A DNA stretch of 64,000 nt from an uncultured Nitrospiraceae bacterium (GCA_963706325.1 CAVPLT010000004.1:96001-160000), one strand, 5' to 3'; counted from the stretch's first letter, positions 44,852 to 56,391 are shown. The notes: generated by a model not told the origin, from the sequence alone. A program made the numbers and translations.

Positions 44852-45565
44852 ATGACTGCCGAACCTACAGGCACCATGATTTACGAGGGGAAGGCCAAGA
44901 AGATTTTCACGACCGATCGGCCTGATCAGGTGTTGCAGTACTTCAAAGACGACGCGACGGCTTTCAATGCGCAGAAACGCGGCACCATTGTGGACAAGGG
45001 GATCGTCAACAACAAGGTGTCGGAACGGCTGTTCCGCTTGTTGGAGCAAGAGAATATTCCCACCCATTTTATCGACCGGGTGAGCGACCGAGAGATGCTC
45101 AGCAAAAGAGTGACGATTGTGCCGGTCGAGGTGGTAGTCCGGAATATTGTCGCGGGAAGTTTGGCCAAACGGCTGGGCTTAAAAGAAGGGGTAGTCATCG
45201 ATCCTGCAATCATCGAGTTCTATTACAAGGACGACGCATTGGGAGACCCGCTCGTGAATGACGATCACCTTCGCCTGCTGCATGTAGCGACGGCGGCCGT
45301 GTTACGGGAGATGCGTGAGCTGGGTCACAAGATCAATGCCGTGTTATTGCCGTTCTTCAAAGATCGACAGATGTTGCTGGTCGATTTCAAATTGGAGTTT
45401 GGCATCTTCCACAATCGACTCATCCTGGCGGATGAGATCTCTCCTGACACCTGCCGGTTTTGGGATCAGACCACCAATGAATCGATGGATAAAGATCGGT
45501 TCCGAAAAGATATGGGGAAGATCGAGGAGGCTTATCAAGAGGTGTTGAAGCGGGTGTGCGGGTAG
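44852..45565 (+). CDS. purC: SAICAR synthetase
   Basis: YEGKAK, FKDDATAFN, LVDFKLEFG, LADEISPDTCRFWD. Confidence 0.97.
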   Translation: MTAEPTGTMIYEGKAKKIFTTDRPDQVLQYFKDDATAFNAQKRGTIVDKGIVNNKVSERLFRLLEQENIPTHFIDRVSDREMLSKRVTIVPVEVVVRNIVAGSLAKRLGLKEGVVIDPAIIEFYYKDDALGDPLVNDDHLRLLHVATAAVLREMRELGHKINAVLLPFFKDRQMLLVDFKLEFGIFHNRLILADEISPDTCRFWDQTTNESMDKDRFRKDMGKIEEAYQEVLKRVCG

Positions 45566-45654
45566 GGAGAGTGAGGCGGACGTCTTTGCTGGCGCAACGC
45601 GTGGCCTTGAAAGCCCTCATTTGACGCGCGCAGGAGTCATCGGCTCCACTCTCC
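45566..45654. repeat. Intergenic structured repeat family B, copy 1
   Basis: Flanks GGAGAGTG...CACTCTCC. Core TGCTGGCGCAACGCGTGGCC...GCCCTCATTTGACGCGCGCA is similar to 46171-46253. Confidence 0.55.
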
Positions 45655-45688
45655 GCTTGGTCATCCCCACTGGTTGGATAGGGTAATC

Positions 45689-45925
45689 ATGGGAAAAGTG
45701 AACCGGTTTCTGCAGTTATTCCTTAACTACGGCCTGGTGGCGGCGATTTTGGTGTGGGCCGCGACGGTGGCGTTGATGGCCTATCACCTCAAGGAGTCAC
45801 CCTGGCGTTGGGTCTTTATTCTGTTGTCGCTGGCAGGGCTGGGAACGATCGGCGTCATTTTTTGGATTCGCACGTACATCAACAGAGTATCCAAAGGGCA
45901 GCAGGAAGTGGGGAAGGCAGGATGA
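45689..45925 (+). CDS. Small two-TM membrane protein
   Basis: Two hydrophobic segments; stop overlaps the purS ATG. Confidence 0.7.
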   Translation: MGKVNRFLQLFLNYGLVAAILVWAATVALMAYHLKESPWRWVFILLSLAGLGTIGVIFWIRTYINRVSKGQQEVGKAG

Positions 45926-46161
45926 AAGTCAAAATTTATGTGACCCTGAAGCAGGGTATTCTCGATCCGCAGGGCAAGGCGATCGAGCATGCGCTGGACT
46001 CGCTCGGATTTAAGAACGCGACGAATCTGCGGGTGGGCAAGTATATGGAAGTGGATCTGAATGAAACGGACAAGGCTAAGGCCGACTCACAAGTGAAAGC
46101 CATGTGCGAGAAACTGCTGGCGAATACGGTGATAGAGGACTATCGGTACGAGTTGCAGTGA
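45922..46161 (+). CDS. purS: FGAM synthase subunit PurS
   Basis: VTLKQGILDPQGKA, VGK, MCEKLLANTVIEDY. Confidence 0.95.
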   Translation: MKVKIYVTLKQGILDPQGKAIEHALDSLGFKNATNLRVGKYMEVDLNETDKAKADSQVKAMCEKLLANTVIEDYRYELQ

Positions 46162-46170
46162 GACGGATAA

Positions 46171-46253
46171 GGGCAGGCCGGGTTTCATGTTCGCGCCACG
46201 CGCGCCCGCGAGTGGCCTTCGTTCAACGCGCGCGATATAACCAGATCCTGCCT
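46171..46253. repeat. Intergenic structured repeat family B, copy 2
   Basis: Flanks GGGCAGG...CCTGCCT; core TGTTCGCGCCACGCGCGCCC...GCCTTCGTTCAACGCGCGCG. Confidence 0.55.
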
Positions 46254-46282
46254 CCCGCGACACAGAGGCGAAGGTAAGTGAT

Positions 46283-46993
46283 ATGAAAATTGGCGTGGTG
46301 GTGTTCCCCGGCAGCAATTGCGATCACGACTGCCAGTACATCTTTAAGGATGTGCTGGGCCAGCATGTGGAGATGATCTGGCATAAGCAAACCTTGCCGA
46401 CGGGGCTCGACATGATCGTGTTGCCTGGCGGGTTTTCCTACGGAGACTATCTGCGGACCGGCGCCATTGCGCGCTTCTCGCCCGTCATGGGTGCGGTGAA
46501 GGAATTCGCCGGCAAAGGCGGGCTGGTCATTGGCATTTGTAATGGTTTTCAGATTCTCCTGGAGGCTGGTCTTTTGCCCGGGGTGATGTTGCGGAACACC
46601 TCGCTGAATTTTATCTGCAAAGACGTCTATGTGAAGGTAGAGAATGCCGCGACCCGCTTTACGAATCGCTGCGAATCCGGTCAAGTGCTGAAAATTCCCA
46701 TCGCGCATGCAGACGGCAATTATTACACCGATCCGGTCACGCTCGGTGGCATCAAAGCTAATGCGCAGGTGATTTTCCGCTACTGTACGGCCGAGGGACA
46801 CGTGACGCCGGAGTTGAACCCGAACGGTTCGTTGGACAACATTGCCGGGATCATGAATGCCGAGGGCAACGTGCTGGGCATGATGCCGCATCCGGAGCGC
46901 AGTGCAGAAGCGGTGTTGGGCAACGAAGATGGTCGCCTGATTTTCTTGTCGATGTTGGAGACGCTGAAAAAACCACAGTTAACGGTGGTGTGA
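46283..46993 (+). CDS. purQ: FGAM synthase glutaminase subunit
   Basis: [33 protein letters not shown]. Confidence 0.97.
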   Translation: MKIGVVVFPGSNCDHDCQYIFKDVLGQHVEMIWHKQTLPTGLDMIVLPGGFSYGDYLRTGAIARFSPVMGAVKEFAGKGGLVIGICNGFQILLEAGLLPGVMLRNTSLNFICKDVYVKVENAATRFTNRCESGQVLKIPIAHADGNYYTDPVTLGGIKANAQVIFRYCTAEGHVTPELNPNGSLDNIAGIMNAEGNVLGMMPHPERSAEAVLGNEDGRLIFLSMLETLKKPQLTVV

Positions 46994-47031
46994 CGTGTCG
47001 AGAGTCACACGGGATTCGGAATGAGTCATCC

Positions 47032-49278
47032 ATGAACACTGTAGTGATTACCAAAGCGGTCCTCGATCAACATAAGTTGAGTGATGAGGAATATAAGAAA
47101 ATCCTTGAGATTCTGGGCCGCGAGCCGAATTGGACAGAGTTGGGAATGTTCTCGGCCATGTGGAGCGAACATTGTTCCTATAAGAGTTCGCGTCTTCACC
47201 TCAAGAAGTTACCGACGACGGGCCCGCGGGTGGTGCAGGGACCGGGTGAGAATGCCGGGGCGGTGGATATCGGCGATGGCCTTTGCGCGGTCTTCAAGAT
47301 GGAGTCTCACAACCATCCCTCGTTCATCGAGCCCTATCAAGGCGCGGCGACGGGCGTGGGTGGAATCTTGCGTGATATCTTCACGATGGGCGCGCGGCCG
47401 ATTGCATTGTTGAACTCCCTGCGATTCGGCGAATTGGACGTTGCGAATACCCGTCACCTCCTCAAAGGCGTGGTGTCCGGTATTGCGGGTTATGGAAATT
47501 GCATGGGTGTGCCGACGGTTGGCGGGGAGATCGTCTTCAACGATATCTATGCGCTCAATCCTTTGGTGAATGTGTTCTGTCTGGGGATTGCCAGGAAGGA
47601 TAAGATTTTCCTGGGCAAGGCGGCGGGAGTCGGCAATCCGGTGATCTATTTCGGCTCGAAGACCGGGCGTGATGGGATTCACGGCGCCACGATGGCCTCG
47701 GATTCGTTCGATGACCAAGCCGCGCAGAAGCGGCCCACCGTGCAGGTCGGCGACCCGTTTACCGAAAAACTCCTACTTGAAGCATGCTTGGAACTGATGT
47801 CCGGCGATTTATTGGTCGGGATTCAGGACATGGGGGCCGCAGGGTTGACGAGTTCGGCTTGTGAAATGGCGTCGCGAGAAGGGACAGGCGTGGAATTGGA
47901 ACTGGCGCATGTGCCGCGACGCGAGCCGGGCATGAAGCCCTACGAAATCATGCTCTCCGAATCTCAGGAACGTATGTTGATGGTGGTCAAGGCCGGCCGT
48001 GAGGACGAGGTGATCAAGATTTGCCGGAAATGGGACTTGGATGTGGCAGTCATCGGGCGGGTGACGGATACGGGCAAGGTGGTTCTCAAGGACGATGGTC
48101 AGGTTGTGGCGGAGATTCCGGCAAAAGCTTTGGCTGACGAAGGCCCGCGCTATGACCGGCCCAGCGCGCCGCCGGCTTATCAGGAGATGCTGCAGGCGTT
48201 GAACTACGACGCCTTACCGGATGTGAAGGATGCAAATGCAGCGTTGCTGGCGCTGTTGGATTCACCCACGATCGCCAGCAAACGCTGGGTCTATGAACAA
48301 TACGATCACATGGTACGGACCAATACAATGGTGCGCCCTGGTTCAGATGCAGCGGTTGTGCGCATTAAAGGAACGGACAAGGCTCTCGCGTTGTCCGTCG
48401 ATTGCAATGCACGCTATTGCCTGCTCAATCCCTATGAAGGCTCTAAGATCGCCATTGCGGAATGTGCGCGCAACCTGGCCTGCTCTGGAGCGGAACCGAT
48501 TGGAGTCACCGACTGCTTGAATTTTGGGAACCCGCAGCGCCCCGAGGTTATGTGGCAATTCGTGCTCGCCATTGAAGGATTGAAAGATGCGTGCGAGGCG
48601 TTGAGCGTGCCCATCGTGAGCGGTAACGTGAGTTTGTATAATGAGACCAATGATTTGTCGATTTATCCCACACCGGTGATTGGGATGGTCGGATTGATCG
48701 AGCCAGCCGACTGCGCGGTTACCCAATGGTTCAAGCAAAATGGCGACGTTATTATTTTGCTGGGAAGCACGCGCGAGGATCTCGGAGGTACCGAATATTT
48801 AAAAGTGCTCCACCATCGCGAGCAAGGCTCCCCACCGTTGCTGAATCTTGACGCTGAGAAGGCGGTGCAGACCTGCACGATTCAACTTATTCGCGAGAGG
48901 CTCGTACAGTCGGCCCACGATTGCTCCGACGGCGGATTGGCTGTTGCCCTCACCGAGTGTTGCATCTCTGGCTCAGACGAGCGACTGGGGGCTGTGGTAC
49001 ACTTATCGCTCAATGGTCTTCGTCGCGACGCATTGCTGTTCGGGGAGAGCCAATCGCGCATCGTGCTTTCTGTGGAGCCGGAGCACGTGGAACGAGTTCT
49101 GAGCCTTGCAAGTGATGCTGGTGTTCCTGCCGTGCGGGTCGGTTCCGTCGGAGGAAATCGACTCGCGATGCAGCTAGAGGACGATAAGTCTGGTGTGGGC
49201 TGCCCAATTGATCTGGAACTGACGACATTGTATGAGCATTGGGCAATGGCTATTCCAAGAGCGTTAGGTCAAGACTAG
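47032..49278 (+). CDS. purL: FGAM synthase subunit PurL (small type)
   Basis: [41 protein letters not shown]. Confidence 0.97.
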   Translation: MNTVVITKAVLDQHKLSDEEYKKILEILGREPNWTELGMFSAMWSEHCSYKSSRLHLKKLPTTGPRVVQGPGENAGAVDIGDGLCAVFKMESHNHPSFIEPYQGAATGVGGILRDIFTMGARPIALLNSLRFGELDVANTRHLLKGVVSGIAGYGNCMGVPTVGGEIVFNDIYALNPLVNVFCLGIARKDKIFLGKAAGVGNPVIYFGSKTGRDGIHGATMASDSFDDQAAQKRPTVQVGDPFTEKLLLEACLELMSGDLLVGIQDMGAAGLTSSACEMASREGTGVELELAHVPRREPGMKPYEIMLSESQERMLMVVKAGREDEVIKICRKWDLDVAVIGRVTDTGKVVLKDDGQVVAEIPAKALADEGPRYDRPSAPPAYQEMLQALNYDALPDVKDANAALLALLDSPTIASKRWVYEQYDHMVRTNTMVRPGSDAAVVRIKGTDKALALSVDCNARYCLLNPYEGSKIAIAECARNLACSGAEPIGVTDCLNFGNPQRPEVMWQFVLAIEGLKDACEALSVPIVSGNVSLYNETNDLSIYPTPVIGMVGLIEPADCAVTQWFKQNGDVIILLGSTREDLGGTEYLKVLHHREQGSPPLLNLDAEKAVQTCTIQLIRERLVQSAHDCSDGGLAVALTECCISGSDERLGAVVHLSLNGLRRDALLFGESQSRIVLSVEPEHVERVLSLASDAGVPAVRVGSVGGNRLAMQLEDDKSGVGCPIDLELTTLYEHWAMAIPRALGQD

Positions 49279-49289
49279 GTTACAAAGCG

Positions 49290-50720
49290 ATGTCCAAAGA
49301 GTTACCGCTTATTTCTCCCGACAAATTTCACGACGAATGTGCCGTCTTCGGCATATACGGCCACAAAGAAGCCGCCAATCTTACCTATCTTGGCCTCTAC
49401 GCGCTCCAACATCGCGGACAGGAAGCGTCTGGAATGGTGTCCAATGACGGCGAGCAATTTCATATCGAAAAAGGCCAGGGCCATGTCGCCGATGTCTTCT
49501 CCCAACAAGCGCTGGCGCGTTTGCCGGGGACGATGGCAATCGGACACAACCGCTATTCGACGGCAGGCGGGGCCGGGCTTAAGAACGTGCAACCGTTAAA
49601 TGTCAATTTTGCCTTTGGCAATCTGGCCGTGGCGCACAATGGTAATTTGATTAATGCCACCATGCTTCGCAGCGAGCTGGAGGCCTATGGCGCGATCTTC
49701 CAATCGACTTCTGACACGGAAGTCATTATTCATCTCATCGCGCATTCGCGGGCAGATACGTTGCTTGAGCGCGTGGTTGATTCTCTGACCCAGGTTCGAG
49801 GGGCGTTCTCAGTGGTCCTTATGACGGATCAAGGTGTAATCGCAGCGCGCGATCCGCATGGGTTCCGTCCCCTCTGTTTGGGACGGCTTCGCGATGCCTG
49901 GATCGTCGCTTCCGAGAGCTGTGCGTTTGACTTATTGGACGCTGAGTTTGTGCGGGAAATCGAACCAGGTGAACTGGTCGTGCTGGATCACCAGGGCGTC
50001 ACAAGCTACAAGCCCTTCGCAGCCACCAAGCCGGCGATGTGCGTGTTTGAGTATGTCTATTTCGCTCGACCGGACAGCCGGATTTTTGGAGGGCGCGCTG
50101 TTTACTCGATTCGCAAGGCGTTCGGGCGGCAACTGGCAGAAGAATCAATCGTGGAAGCGGACATTGTTATTCCGGTGCCGGATTCGGGTGTGCCGGCGGC
50201 GTTAGGCTATTCCGAAGGATCAGGGATTCGCTTCGAGACCGGACTTATCCGGAATCATTACGTGGGCCGTACGTTTATCGAGCCTGAACAGTCGATTCGT
50301 CACTTCGGTGTAAAGGTAAAGCTCAATGCTGTTCCCGAAGTGCTCGAAGGCAAGAGAGTCGTCGTCGTGGACGATTCGCTAGTGCGGGGGACGACGAGTC
50401 GAAAGATTGTGAAGATGCTGCGTCAGGCTGGGGCGAAAGAAGTGCACATGCGCATCAGCTCTCCGCCGATTATCTCGCCTTGCTTTTACGGGATCGATAC
50501 GCCTACCAAAAAGGAATTGATTGCCTCGAGTCATACAACGGAAGAAATACGCAAGTACATCACGGCCGATAGTCTGGCGTACCTGAGCTTGGATGGGATG
50601 CTGAAGGCGTCTCCAGGCATTCCGGAGCAGTATTGCAATGCATGCTTTACAGAACGCTACCCCATTTCCTTTACACGCGCAGAAGAGTTGCAGTTAGGCC
50701 TTTTCGAAGCCTCTCGCTAA
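49290..50720 (+). CDS. purF: Amidophosphoribosyltransferase
   Basis: Propeptide then ECAVFG; LQHRGQE, GHNRYST, PRPP motif [12 protein letters not shown]. Confidence 0.97.
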   Translation: MSKELPLISPDKFHDECAVFGIYGHKEAANLTYLGLYALQHRGQEASGMVSNDGEQFHIEKGQGHVADVFSQQALARLPGTMAIGHNRYSTAGGAGLKNVQPLNVNFAFGNLAVAHNGNLINATMLRSELEAYGAIFQSTSDTEVIIHLIAHSRADTLLERVVDSLTQVRGAFSVVLMTDQGVIAARDPHGFRPLCLGRLRDAWIVASESCAFDLLDAEFVREIEPGELVVLDHQGVTSYKPFAATKPAMCVFEYVYFARPDSRIFGGRAVYSIRKAFGRQLAEESIVEADIVIPVPDSGVPAALGYSEGSGIRFETGLIRNHYVGRTFIEPEQSIRHFGVKVKLNAVPEVLEGKRVVVVDDSLVRGTTSRKIVKMLRQAGAKEVHMRISSPPIISPCFYGIDTPTKKELIASSHTTEEIRKYITADSLAYLSLDGMLKASPGIPEQYCNACFTERYPISFTRAEELQLGLFEASR

Positions 50721-50793
50721 GTATCCTTTCTTCTTTACGCCTGTGAGGACAGACGATCGTCCGGCTTTTTCTTCCCGCCTTCACCTTCGTCAA

Positions 50794-51092
50794 ATGTCCA
50801 TTGTCAGTAAATATCGTTTGATTGCCGACCTGGGACTCGTGGTGGTTGCGCTTCGATTAGGGCCGTGGATGGTCAGTATTCCGCGGCTGCTGTCTGGTTG
50901 ACCTGCAAGCCTGTAGCAGGAACTCACGAGCAAGTAATGAAGGACGAAGAGGCACTTGAGGGTCATGCGTGGCTCATGTTTGAGGGGGATGAGTATTTGG
51001 AGCCATCTCCGCAGTGGCGTGCCTTCAGCCTGCCGGTCAGGCGTCCACTCAATGGCCATCCCACCGAACCCTGCGCTATCGAATACGAGTAA
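50794..51092 (+). pseudogene. Remnant of lasso-peptide B2-like (transglutaminase-like core) gene
   Basis: MSIVSKYRLIADLGLVVVALRLGPWMVSIPRLLS, then after a frame change WLTCKPV...LEGHAWLMFEGDEYLEP. The catalytic Cys segment appears to be deleted. Confidence 0.5.
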
Positions 51093-51568
51093 GCGGTTTT
51101 CTCTCCGTCTGGGCAGATGCTTTTGTTTCCTAACCTCAATCATCCCTCTCCGAAAATTTTCCATCGAAATAAGCATTATCCAGTGATTCGGGGGGAAATT
51201 GCTTTCCGTCACCCAGCCGGTCTGGTCTTGAGCAATTTTGCAGACCCGGACCCCCAAAAGAGAGATCCTTCCTGCCTCCATGGGATAGAGAAGGTGGGAG
51301 TGAGAAGGTATCTTCGCCTCTACCCGACGTCGTTCGAACCTGGGGCTTGGTCGATCGAACTGTCATGAATCGTCTCAGAGTGGCCTGAAAGATTGTTCAG
51401 TGGAATGAGACGTGATTTATCAAAAGTCTTATCAGAAGGTGCTTATGCTCCTGAGTTTGTCGAGTAGACGGACTGCTACCGGCTTCACTTTGGTCGCAAT
51501 GTCATGTACTTGCCTTGGCTCGTGACGCCTCCCTCAGAAAAAAATACAAGCAAGTCGAGAGCCCTAAA

Positions 51569-52864
51569 ATGAGAAAGAATCTGAAGCCTAAGGCCGCGAG
51601 ATGGAAGCATGTGCATCAAAACAAGTCCTTCTTACATCGGGTGAAAACTTCCCCCGTGGTATCACAGATGCATCCGGAAGGGCGCTTGCTCGTACTCTGC
51701 GCACGACTGACGACCAGCGAATCTATTCGAGTGGAAATAGAGGATCTGGTCGGTGGAGGTCTTGATTGGGACCTGCTGTGGAGACTGACGAGAACCAACG
51801 GCGTGACGCCTCTCGTATATCGAACACTGTCCACAATCTGCCCGGCAGCAGTGCCTTCTGCTATCCATGATGCGTTTCGCCGGCACCTCCAGGTTAATGC
51901 GCTCCTAAATACTGTGCTTGCCAAAGAGCTGGTCGCTGTACTCGACGCTTTAGCGGCGAAGGGCGTTCGCGCTATTCCCTTCAAAGGCGTGACGCTGGCT
52001 CAAACTGCGTATGGCGATCTCAGCTTGCGTGAATGCGCAGACTTGGATCTAATTGTGGATCAAACGTCGATCCCACAGGCCAGGCAAGCCCTTTGGTCAC
52101 AGGGATATCAACTCACTGGTCAAGATGTGGGGGGTAAACAGGAGTCTGATGAGCCGTATCACTTCTTCCAAAAGAAGAATGGCATGGTCGCTGTGGATCT
52201 TCAATGGATTATGGCCCGACGCCATTTTGGCTTTCGATTGGATCGATGCGCATTCTTGGACAGACTCAAGCCGGTTCATTTGCCGACAAGAATGGTAATG
52301 GGCCTCTGTTCGGAGGATTTATTGATTCTGCTCTGTGTGCACGGATCGAAACATGCTTGGGAACAGTTGAAGTGGACTTGCGATGTGGCCGAGTTAGTTC
52401 GTCGCCGACCGACATTAGATTGGAGTCGGATACTATTTCAAGCGGATCAATGGGGCTGCCGACGCATAGTGCTGCTGGGTTTGGGTATGGCGAAGCATCT
52501 CTTCGGCATTGTCCTGCCCCGTGCCGTTCTTCACGATATAGAGTCCGACTCAGACATCCCCACTCTTGTTCGTCTCATGCCGAAACAGCTGTTGAAGAGT
52601 TGTGATGAGGGCATCGATGAGGCTTGCGCGGAAGCCTTATATGTGACTCTCAAAGATTCCTGGTGGGAACGGTGGAAGCTTGGTGTCGCTCTGTGCAGGG
52701 CTGAGTCGGAAGCAATTAGCAAGCCATTGCCCTGGTTTCGGTTCCAGAGGAGGCTTCGAGGGTTATTTTTATGTCTCAAGCCCTTGCATTGGTTGGCCAG
52801 AAAGTGTGTCCCGTCCGTTCGTCTGCGCCGAGCTGTTGACCGGTGGCTCCAGAGCACTCATTGA
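51569..52864 (+). CDS. Uncharacterised nucleotidyltransferase family protein (NTP_transf_5-like); start uncertain
   Basis: LDWDLL, IPFKGVTLAQTAYGDLSLRECADLDLIV, VDLQW, LLCVHGSKHAW..LKWTCD. Confidence 0.8.
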   Translation: MRKNLKPKAARWKHVHQNKSFLHRVKTSPVVSQMHPEGRLLVLCARLTTSESIRVEIEDLVGGGLDWDLLWRLTRTNGVTPLVYRTLSTICPAAVPSAIHDAFRRHLQVNALLNTVLAKELVAVLDALAAKGVRAIPFKGVTLAQTAYGDLSLRECADLDLIVDQTSIPQARQALWSQGYQLTGQDVGGKQESDEPYHFFQKKNGMVAVDLQWIMARRHFGFRLDRCAFLDRLKPVHLPTRMVMGLCSEDLLILLCVHGSKHAWEQLKWTCDVAELVRRRPTLDWSRILFQADQWGCRRIVLLGLGMAKHLFGIVLPRAVLHDIESDSDIPTLVRLMPKQLLKSCDEGIDEACAEALYVTLKDSWWERWKLGVALCRAESEAISKPLPWFRFQRRLRGLFLCLKPLHWLARKCVPSVRLRRAVDRWLQSTH

Positions 52865-53058
52865 GAGCGACTTTTCATCCATGAAAGGATCCTTCATCGT
52901 CAACCTCTAATTTCCCTCCTTCCTAAGTGGTTGCTCCAGAAAAAATTCGCGTGCTAGGATGCCTCGTGTCTCAATCAAGATTCGATGTTGGCTGGTGAGT
53001 GCCAAATCGGGGGGAGCGTCCGATTCTTCGGAAGTTCACCTTCAGGAAGGAGCTACTA

Positions 53059-53604
53059 ATGAAGCGCTTTGTGATAGCGATAGCACTCGCACTCGCACCC
53101 TTTTGGGTGACCCACGTGATCTGGGCCGCTGGGTTCTTTAAGGTGGGTGAAAAGGCACCGGGCTTTGCCCTGACTTCCGTAACGGGCGATGCTGTCGCGC
53201 TTGAGACTCTGAAGGGCAAGGTAGTCGTGCTAGGACTGTTCCATATCTGTGACCCTTGTATGATGCAAGGGACGAATTTGCAAAAAGTTCATGAAGCGAC
53301 CTTAGGCAAAAATGTCGCCGTCGTCGGCATTAATTCATCCGGAAATTCCAAGCGAGATGTGGGAGAATTTTTGAGCGCATTCCCGGTCAAAGTCACATTT
53401 CCATATTTGCTCGATCCGAATAAAACCACTGACAAATCCTATGGCGGTGGCAAATTCATCCCCAATGTCTATGTGATTGATCAGCAGGGTGTGATCCGTT
53501 GGCAACGCGTGGGTAATATGGAGTTAGCCGGGGACGAGGTGATTATGCAAGAAGTAAAGAAACTGTTAGCTTCCGTGCCAGCTGAAGGTGCAGGAGCCAT
53601 GTAG
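53059..53604 (+). CDS. Exported TlpA/redoxin-family thiol-disulfide oxidoreductase
   Basis: Signal peptide; GEKAPGFAL, CDPC, FPYLLD, IPNVYVID. Confidence 0.85.
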   Translation: MKRFVIAIALALAPFWVTHVIWAAGFFKVGEKAPGFALTSVTGDAVALETLKGKVVVLGLFHICDPCMMQGTNLQKVHEATLGKNVAVVGINSSGNSKRDVGEFLSAFPVKVTFPYLLDPNKTTDKSYGGGKFIPNVYVIDQQGVIRWQRVGNMELAGDEVIMQEVKKLLASVPAEGAGAM

Positions 53605-53619
53605 GTGGAAGAGGGATCA

Positions 53620-53859
53620 ATGGACGAATGGGAAGAAGGTAAGCAGAAGTTTCTCGAATTGGTGCATGAAATTAACGGAACTGTTGAGGTTGTGATCCCG
53701 ACGAAGCCGACGAACAGCATGTTTCTCATCTCCTTGACCAAAGGCCCAAATCGTAAGTTCATCACCGTATCAGAAGACGACATAATCGATCTTCCAGACG
53801 AAGTCACCATCCGTGCGCGCGTCACGAAGACCTTGCAGGATGCGATTGCAGCGTTGTAA
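53620..53859 (+). CDS. Hypothetical protein
   Basis: 79-aa ORF with RBS, tightly packed in the operon. Confidence 0.65.
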   Translation: MDEWEEGKQKFLELVHEINGTVEVVIPTKPTNSMFLISLTKGPNRKFITVSEDDIIDLPDEVTIRARVTKTLQDAIAAL

Positions 53860-53881
53860 TTCAACAGCACGAGGCGACAAC

Positions 53882-54478
53882 GTGAAACAGCTTCTGTCCG
53901 GTATATGGCAATGGTCTTGGTTCTCCGAGGAGAAGCAGATTGATTTTAATGGACTGTTTCTCAATGTTGGCGAGCATAAGATTCTGATTGACCCTCCACC
54001 CATGACTGCAGAGCTCAGTACTTTTATTCGACGCCAGGGAGGCCTCGACTACATTATTGTCACCAATCGGGACCATGCTCGGGACGCCGCGACATATCAG
54101 GCTGAATTTCGTTGTCAACTACAAGTGCCTGACCTTGATGCACCGCACATGGATGTAAAACCTACGAGGACCTTTAAGGATGGCGAACTCCTGCCTGGAG
54201 GTATTTGGGTAATTCAACTGAACCATCAGAAATCTCCAGGTGAATCCGCATTATATATTCAGCAGGGAAAAGGTGTGCTCATCGTCGGGGATGCACTCAT
54301 AGGGAACCCATCGGGAGATTTGAGACTATTAGAACCGAAGAAATACAGTGATGCGGCGAAGGCAAAGGAGGGATTGCAGCGCCTGCTGAAATACAACTTC
54401 GACTCGATTCTTGTCGGGGATGGCGCTAGCATCGTAGGTGGAGCCAAAAAAGCAGTGGAGCGAGCTCTGCAGGCTTAG
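53882..54478 (+). CDS. MBL-fold metallo-hydrolase-like protein (degenerate metal motif)
   Basis: ILIDPP, IIVTNRDHARD, KSPGE, LIVGDAL, ILVGDG. Confidence 0.7.
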   Translation: MKQLLSGIWQWSWFSEEKQIDFNGLFLNVGEHKILIDPPPMTAELSTFIRRQGGLDYIIVTNRDHARDAATYQAEFRCQLQVPDLDAPHMDVKPTRTFKDGELLPGGIWVIQLNHQKSPGESALYIQQGKGVLIVGDALIGNPSGDLRLLEPKKYSDAAKAKEGLQRLLKYNFDSILVGDGASIVGGAKKAVERALQA

Positions 54479-54484
54479 GGAACG

Positions 54485-55309
54485 ATGGCCCTTCGAAACG
54501 GACTCTCAGAGGAACTGAATCGCCAAGGCAACGAGCACTTTGCCCGCGGGCACTATACCGATGCCTATGCCTGTTATGCGAAGGCGCTGGAATGTGATCG
54601 CTTGACGGGCGATCATCGAGCGCTAAGCGCGACATTGGGCAATCTTGGAAACATTTGTGCGGTTAGTGGTCGTCGCGAATCGGCACAGCGCTATTATCAG
54701 GAAGTGCTGGAGTTGCAGAAGGTCTTGGGTGATGAAAAGGGTATCGGCACAACCTTGGCCAATCTGGGAAATTTGCGCGCCGATGCCGGGGAATGGGACC
54801 GCGCAAGAGCCTACTATCTCGAGGCGCTCGACATCATGACGCGCGTGCATGATGAATTGGGAAAAGCCGTGTTGTTTTCAGATCTTGGTCTTGTGGCGCG
54901 AGAGACCGGTCAGTTCGAGGATGCCCTTCGATTCTATGAGCAGTCGCTGGTGCTCATGCGCCGGTTAAACAATCAAGGCGGTGTGGCCGATGCTTGGCGA
55001 ATGATGGGACGTACTTTTGCCATTCAGAAGCGGTATGAAGATGCTATTGCCTGCTGCCATACCAGTCAATCAATAGCGGAGCGGAGTCGTGATGAGTTGC
55101 GTACGGGCGGAGCTCGTTACGTCTTAGCCCAATGTTATGAGGATCTCGGTCAGTTGCAAGTGGCCGTGGAGTTGTTAGAGCAAGTTGTGCGCATGGATCG
55201 AAAATACGACCTGCCAAAATTGGCTGAGAATACCACCAGACTTGAGCGGCTTCGCGCTCGCCTGGCCGCGGAAGATCCGACTCCTCAACCTCGGCAGTCA
55301 CGCGCATGA
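54485..55309 (+). CDS. Tetratricopeptide repeat protein
   Basis: Repeated A..LGNLG.....G....A..YY..AL pattern. Confidence 0.85.
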   Translation: MALRNGLSEELNRQGNEHFARGHYTDAYACYAKALECDRLTGDHRALSATLGNLGNICAVSGRRESAQRYYQEVLELQKVLGDEKGIGTTLANLGNLRADAGEWDRARAYYLEALDIMTRVHDELGKAVLFSDLGLVARETGQFEDALRFYEQSLVLMRRLNNQGGVADAWRMMGRTFAIQKRYEDAIACCHTSQSIAERSRDELRTGGARYVLAQCYEDLGQLQVAVELLEQVVRMDRKYDLPKLAENTTRLERLRARLAAEDPTPQPRQSRA

Positions 55310-55743
55310 CTATCGTCGCCCTGCCATCATGGAATCAGGTTCGGTCACACTTGCTGGCCACTGTCCCAGAATTTTATGAGCTGGAGCCTAAAGGCGCCCT
55401 CGCGCTTGATCTAGGAAATGGCGACTGGTTGTTGGAAGTCAGGTCGGATGGGCAGTTCCTTTGTCAACACGGAATCGATATGGACGATGTGAAGAGTCTG
55501 ATGTGTGACGGGACGCCAGAGGATTTGGGAACCGATGAAGTGGCGAAACAAGCCAAGTATTTTTTGGGTCCTGCGGTGTCAAAAATGCGTCCAACTCTCC
55601 GCAATGCCGGTTTTGTGGAGCAGACAGATATGAATGATGATTTTGTTGCCATTATTTTTCATAAAACCGTTGATTTTCAGCGACCCGACGAGATTGTTGC
55701 TGCCGTACGCTGGTGCCAGAACATCTTCGAAAATCGGGCATAG
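55306..55743 (+). CDS. Hypothetical protein
   Basis: 145-aa ORF coupled (ATGA) to the TPR gene. Confidence 0.7.
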   Translation: MTIVALPSWNQVRSHLLATVPEFYELEPKGALALDLGNGDWLLEVRSDGQFLCQHGIDMDDVKSLMCDGTPEDLGTDEVAKQAKYFLGPAVSKMRPTLRNAGFVEQTDMNDDFVAIIFHKTVDFQRPDEIVAAVRWCQNIFENRA

Positions 55744-55974
55744 CGAAAATCGGGCCGTCCTCGCATCTGCATGATGCCTCCATCACGACCCTGGACCCTT
55801 TCGCGCCGCTCTGCCGCTTATTACCTCTCGGGACAGTATGACCTATTGCGGTATTTCAATGTGCTCCACTCTTAGTGCCCGACGAAGCTCAGGCACTGCT
55901 TCGGCATTTCGCAATACTCATTGAGAAATACTGCTAAGTGGCTAAAAACGGCCGGATACGTAAGATGAGACGGA

Positions 55975-56391
55975 TTAGGATGAAGCAGGCGACTGAAGAC
56001 TGGGATGCCGGCCTTCTGGAGGTTGTATGTCCGGCCTGAGCCTGAGGGCGTAATGGCCCCCGAAGACCATAATCAGAAAATTTATCAAGCTGCTCAACGC
56101 AATGAGTATCAACACTGCTAAGTGCGGTGAAGATTGGCTGGATTCTTGAACAATAGTTGCCAGGTCTAGCGCGAGTGCGATGGTACTGTACATCACCAGG
56201 ATCATGGCAATCCACTGCTGACGGATCACAAGAAGCCCTCCTATCAGCAGTGTTGGGAAACCGAAGAGAAACCCCACTAGGACACTCTTTTTAATGGTTG
56301 AGGGGGGAGAACTCGAGCCTAGTACAAATAGGCTGACTTCCACCATGATCAATACAACGAGTAGTCCAATTATCGGCCGGGCTGGTCTCAT
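55975..56391 (-). CDS. Hypothetical four-TM membrane protein
   Basis: Four hydrophobic segments after MRPARP. Confidence 0.6.
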   Translation of the reverse strand: MRPARPIIGLLVVLIMVEVSLFVLGSSSPPSTIKKSVLVGFLFGFPTLLIGGLLVIRQQWIAMILVMYSTIALALDLATIVQESSQSSPHLAVLILIALSSLINFLIMVFGGHYALRLRPDIQPPEGRHPSLQSPASS

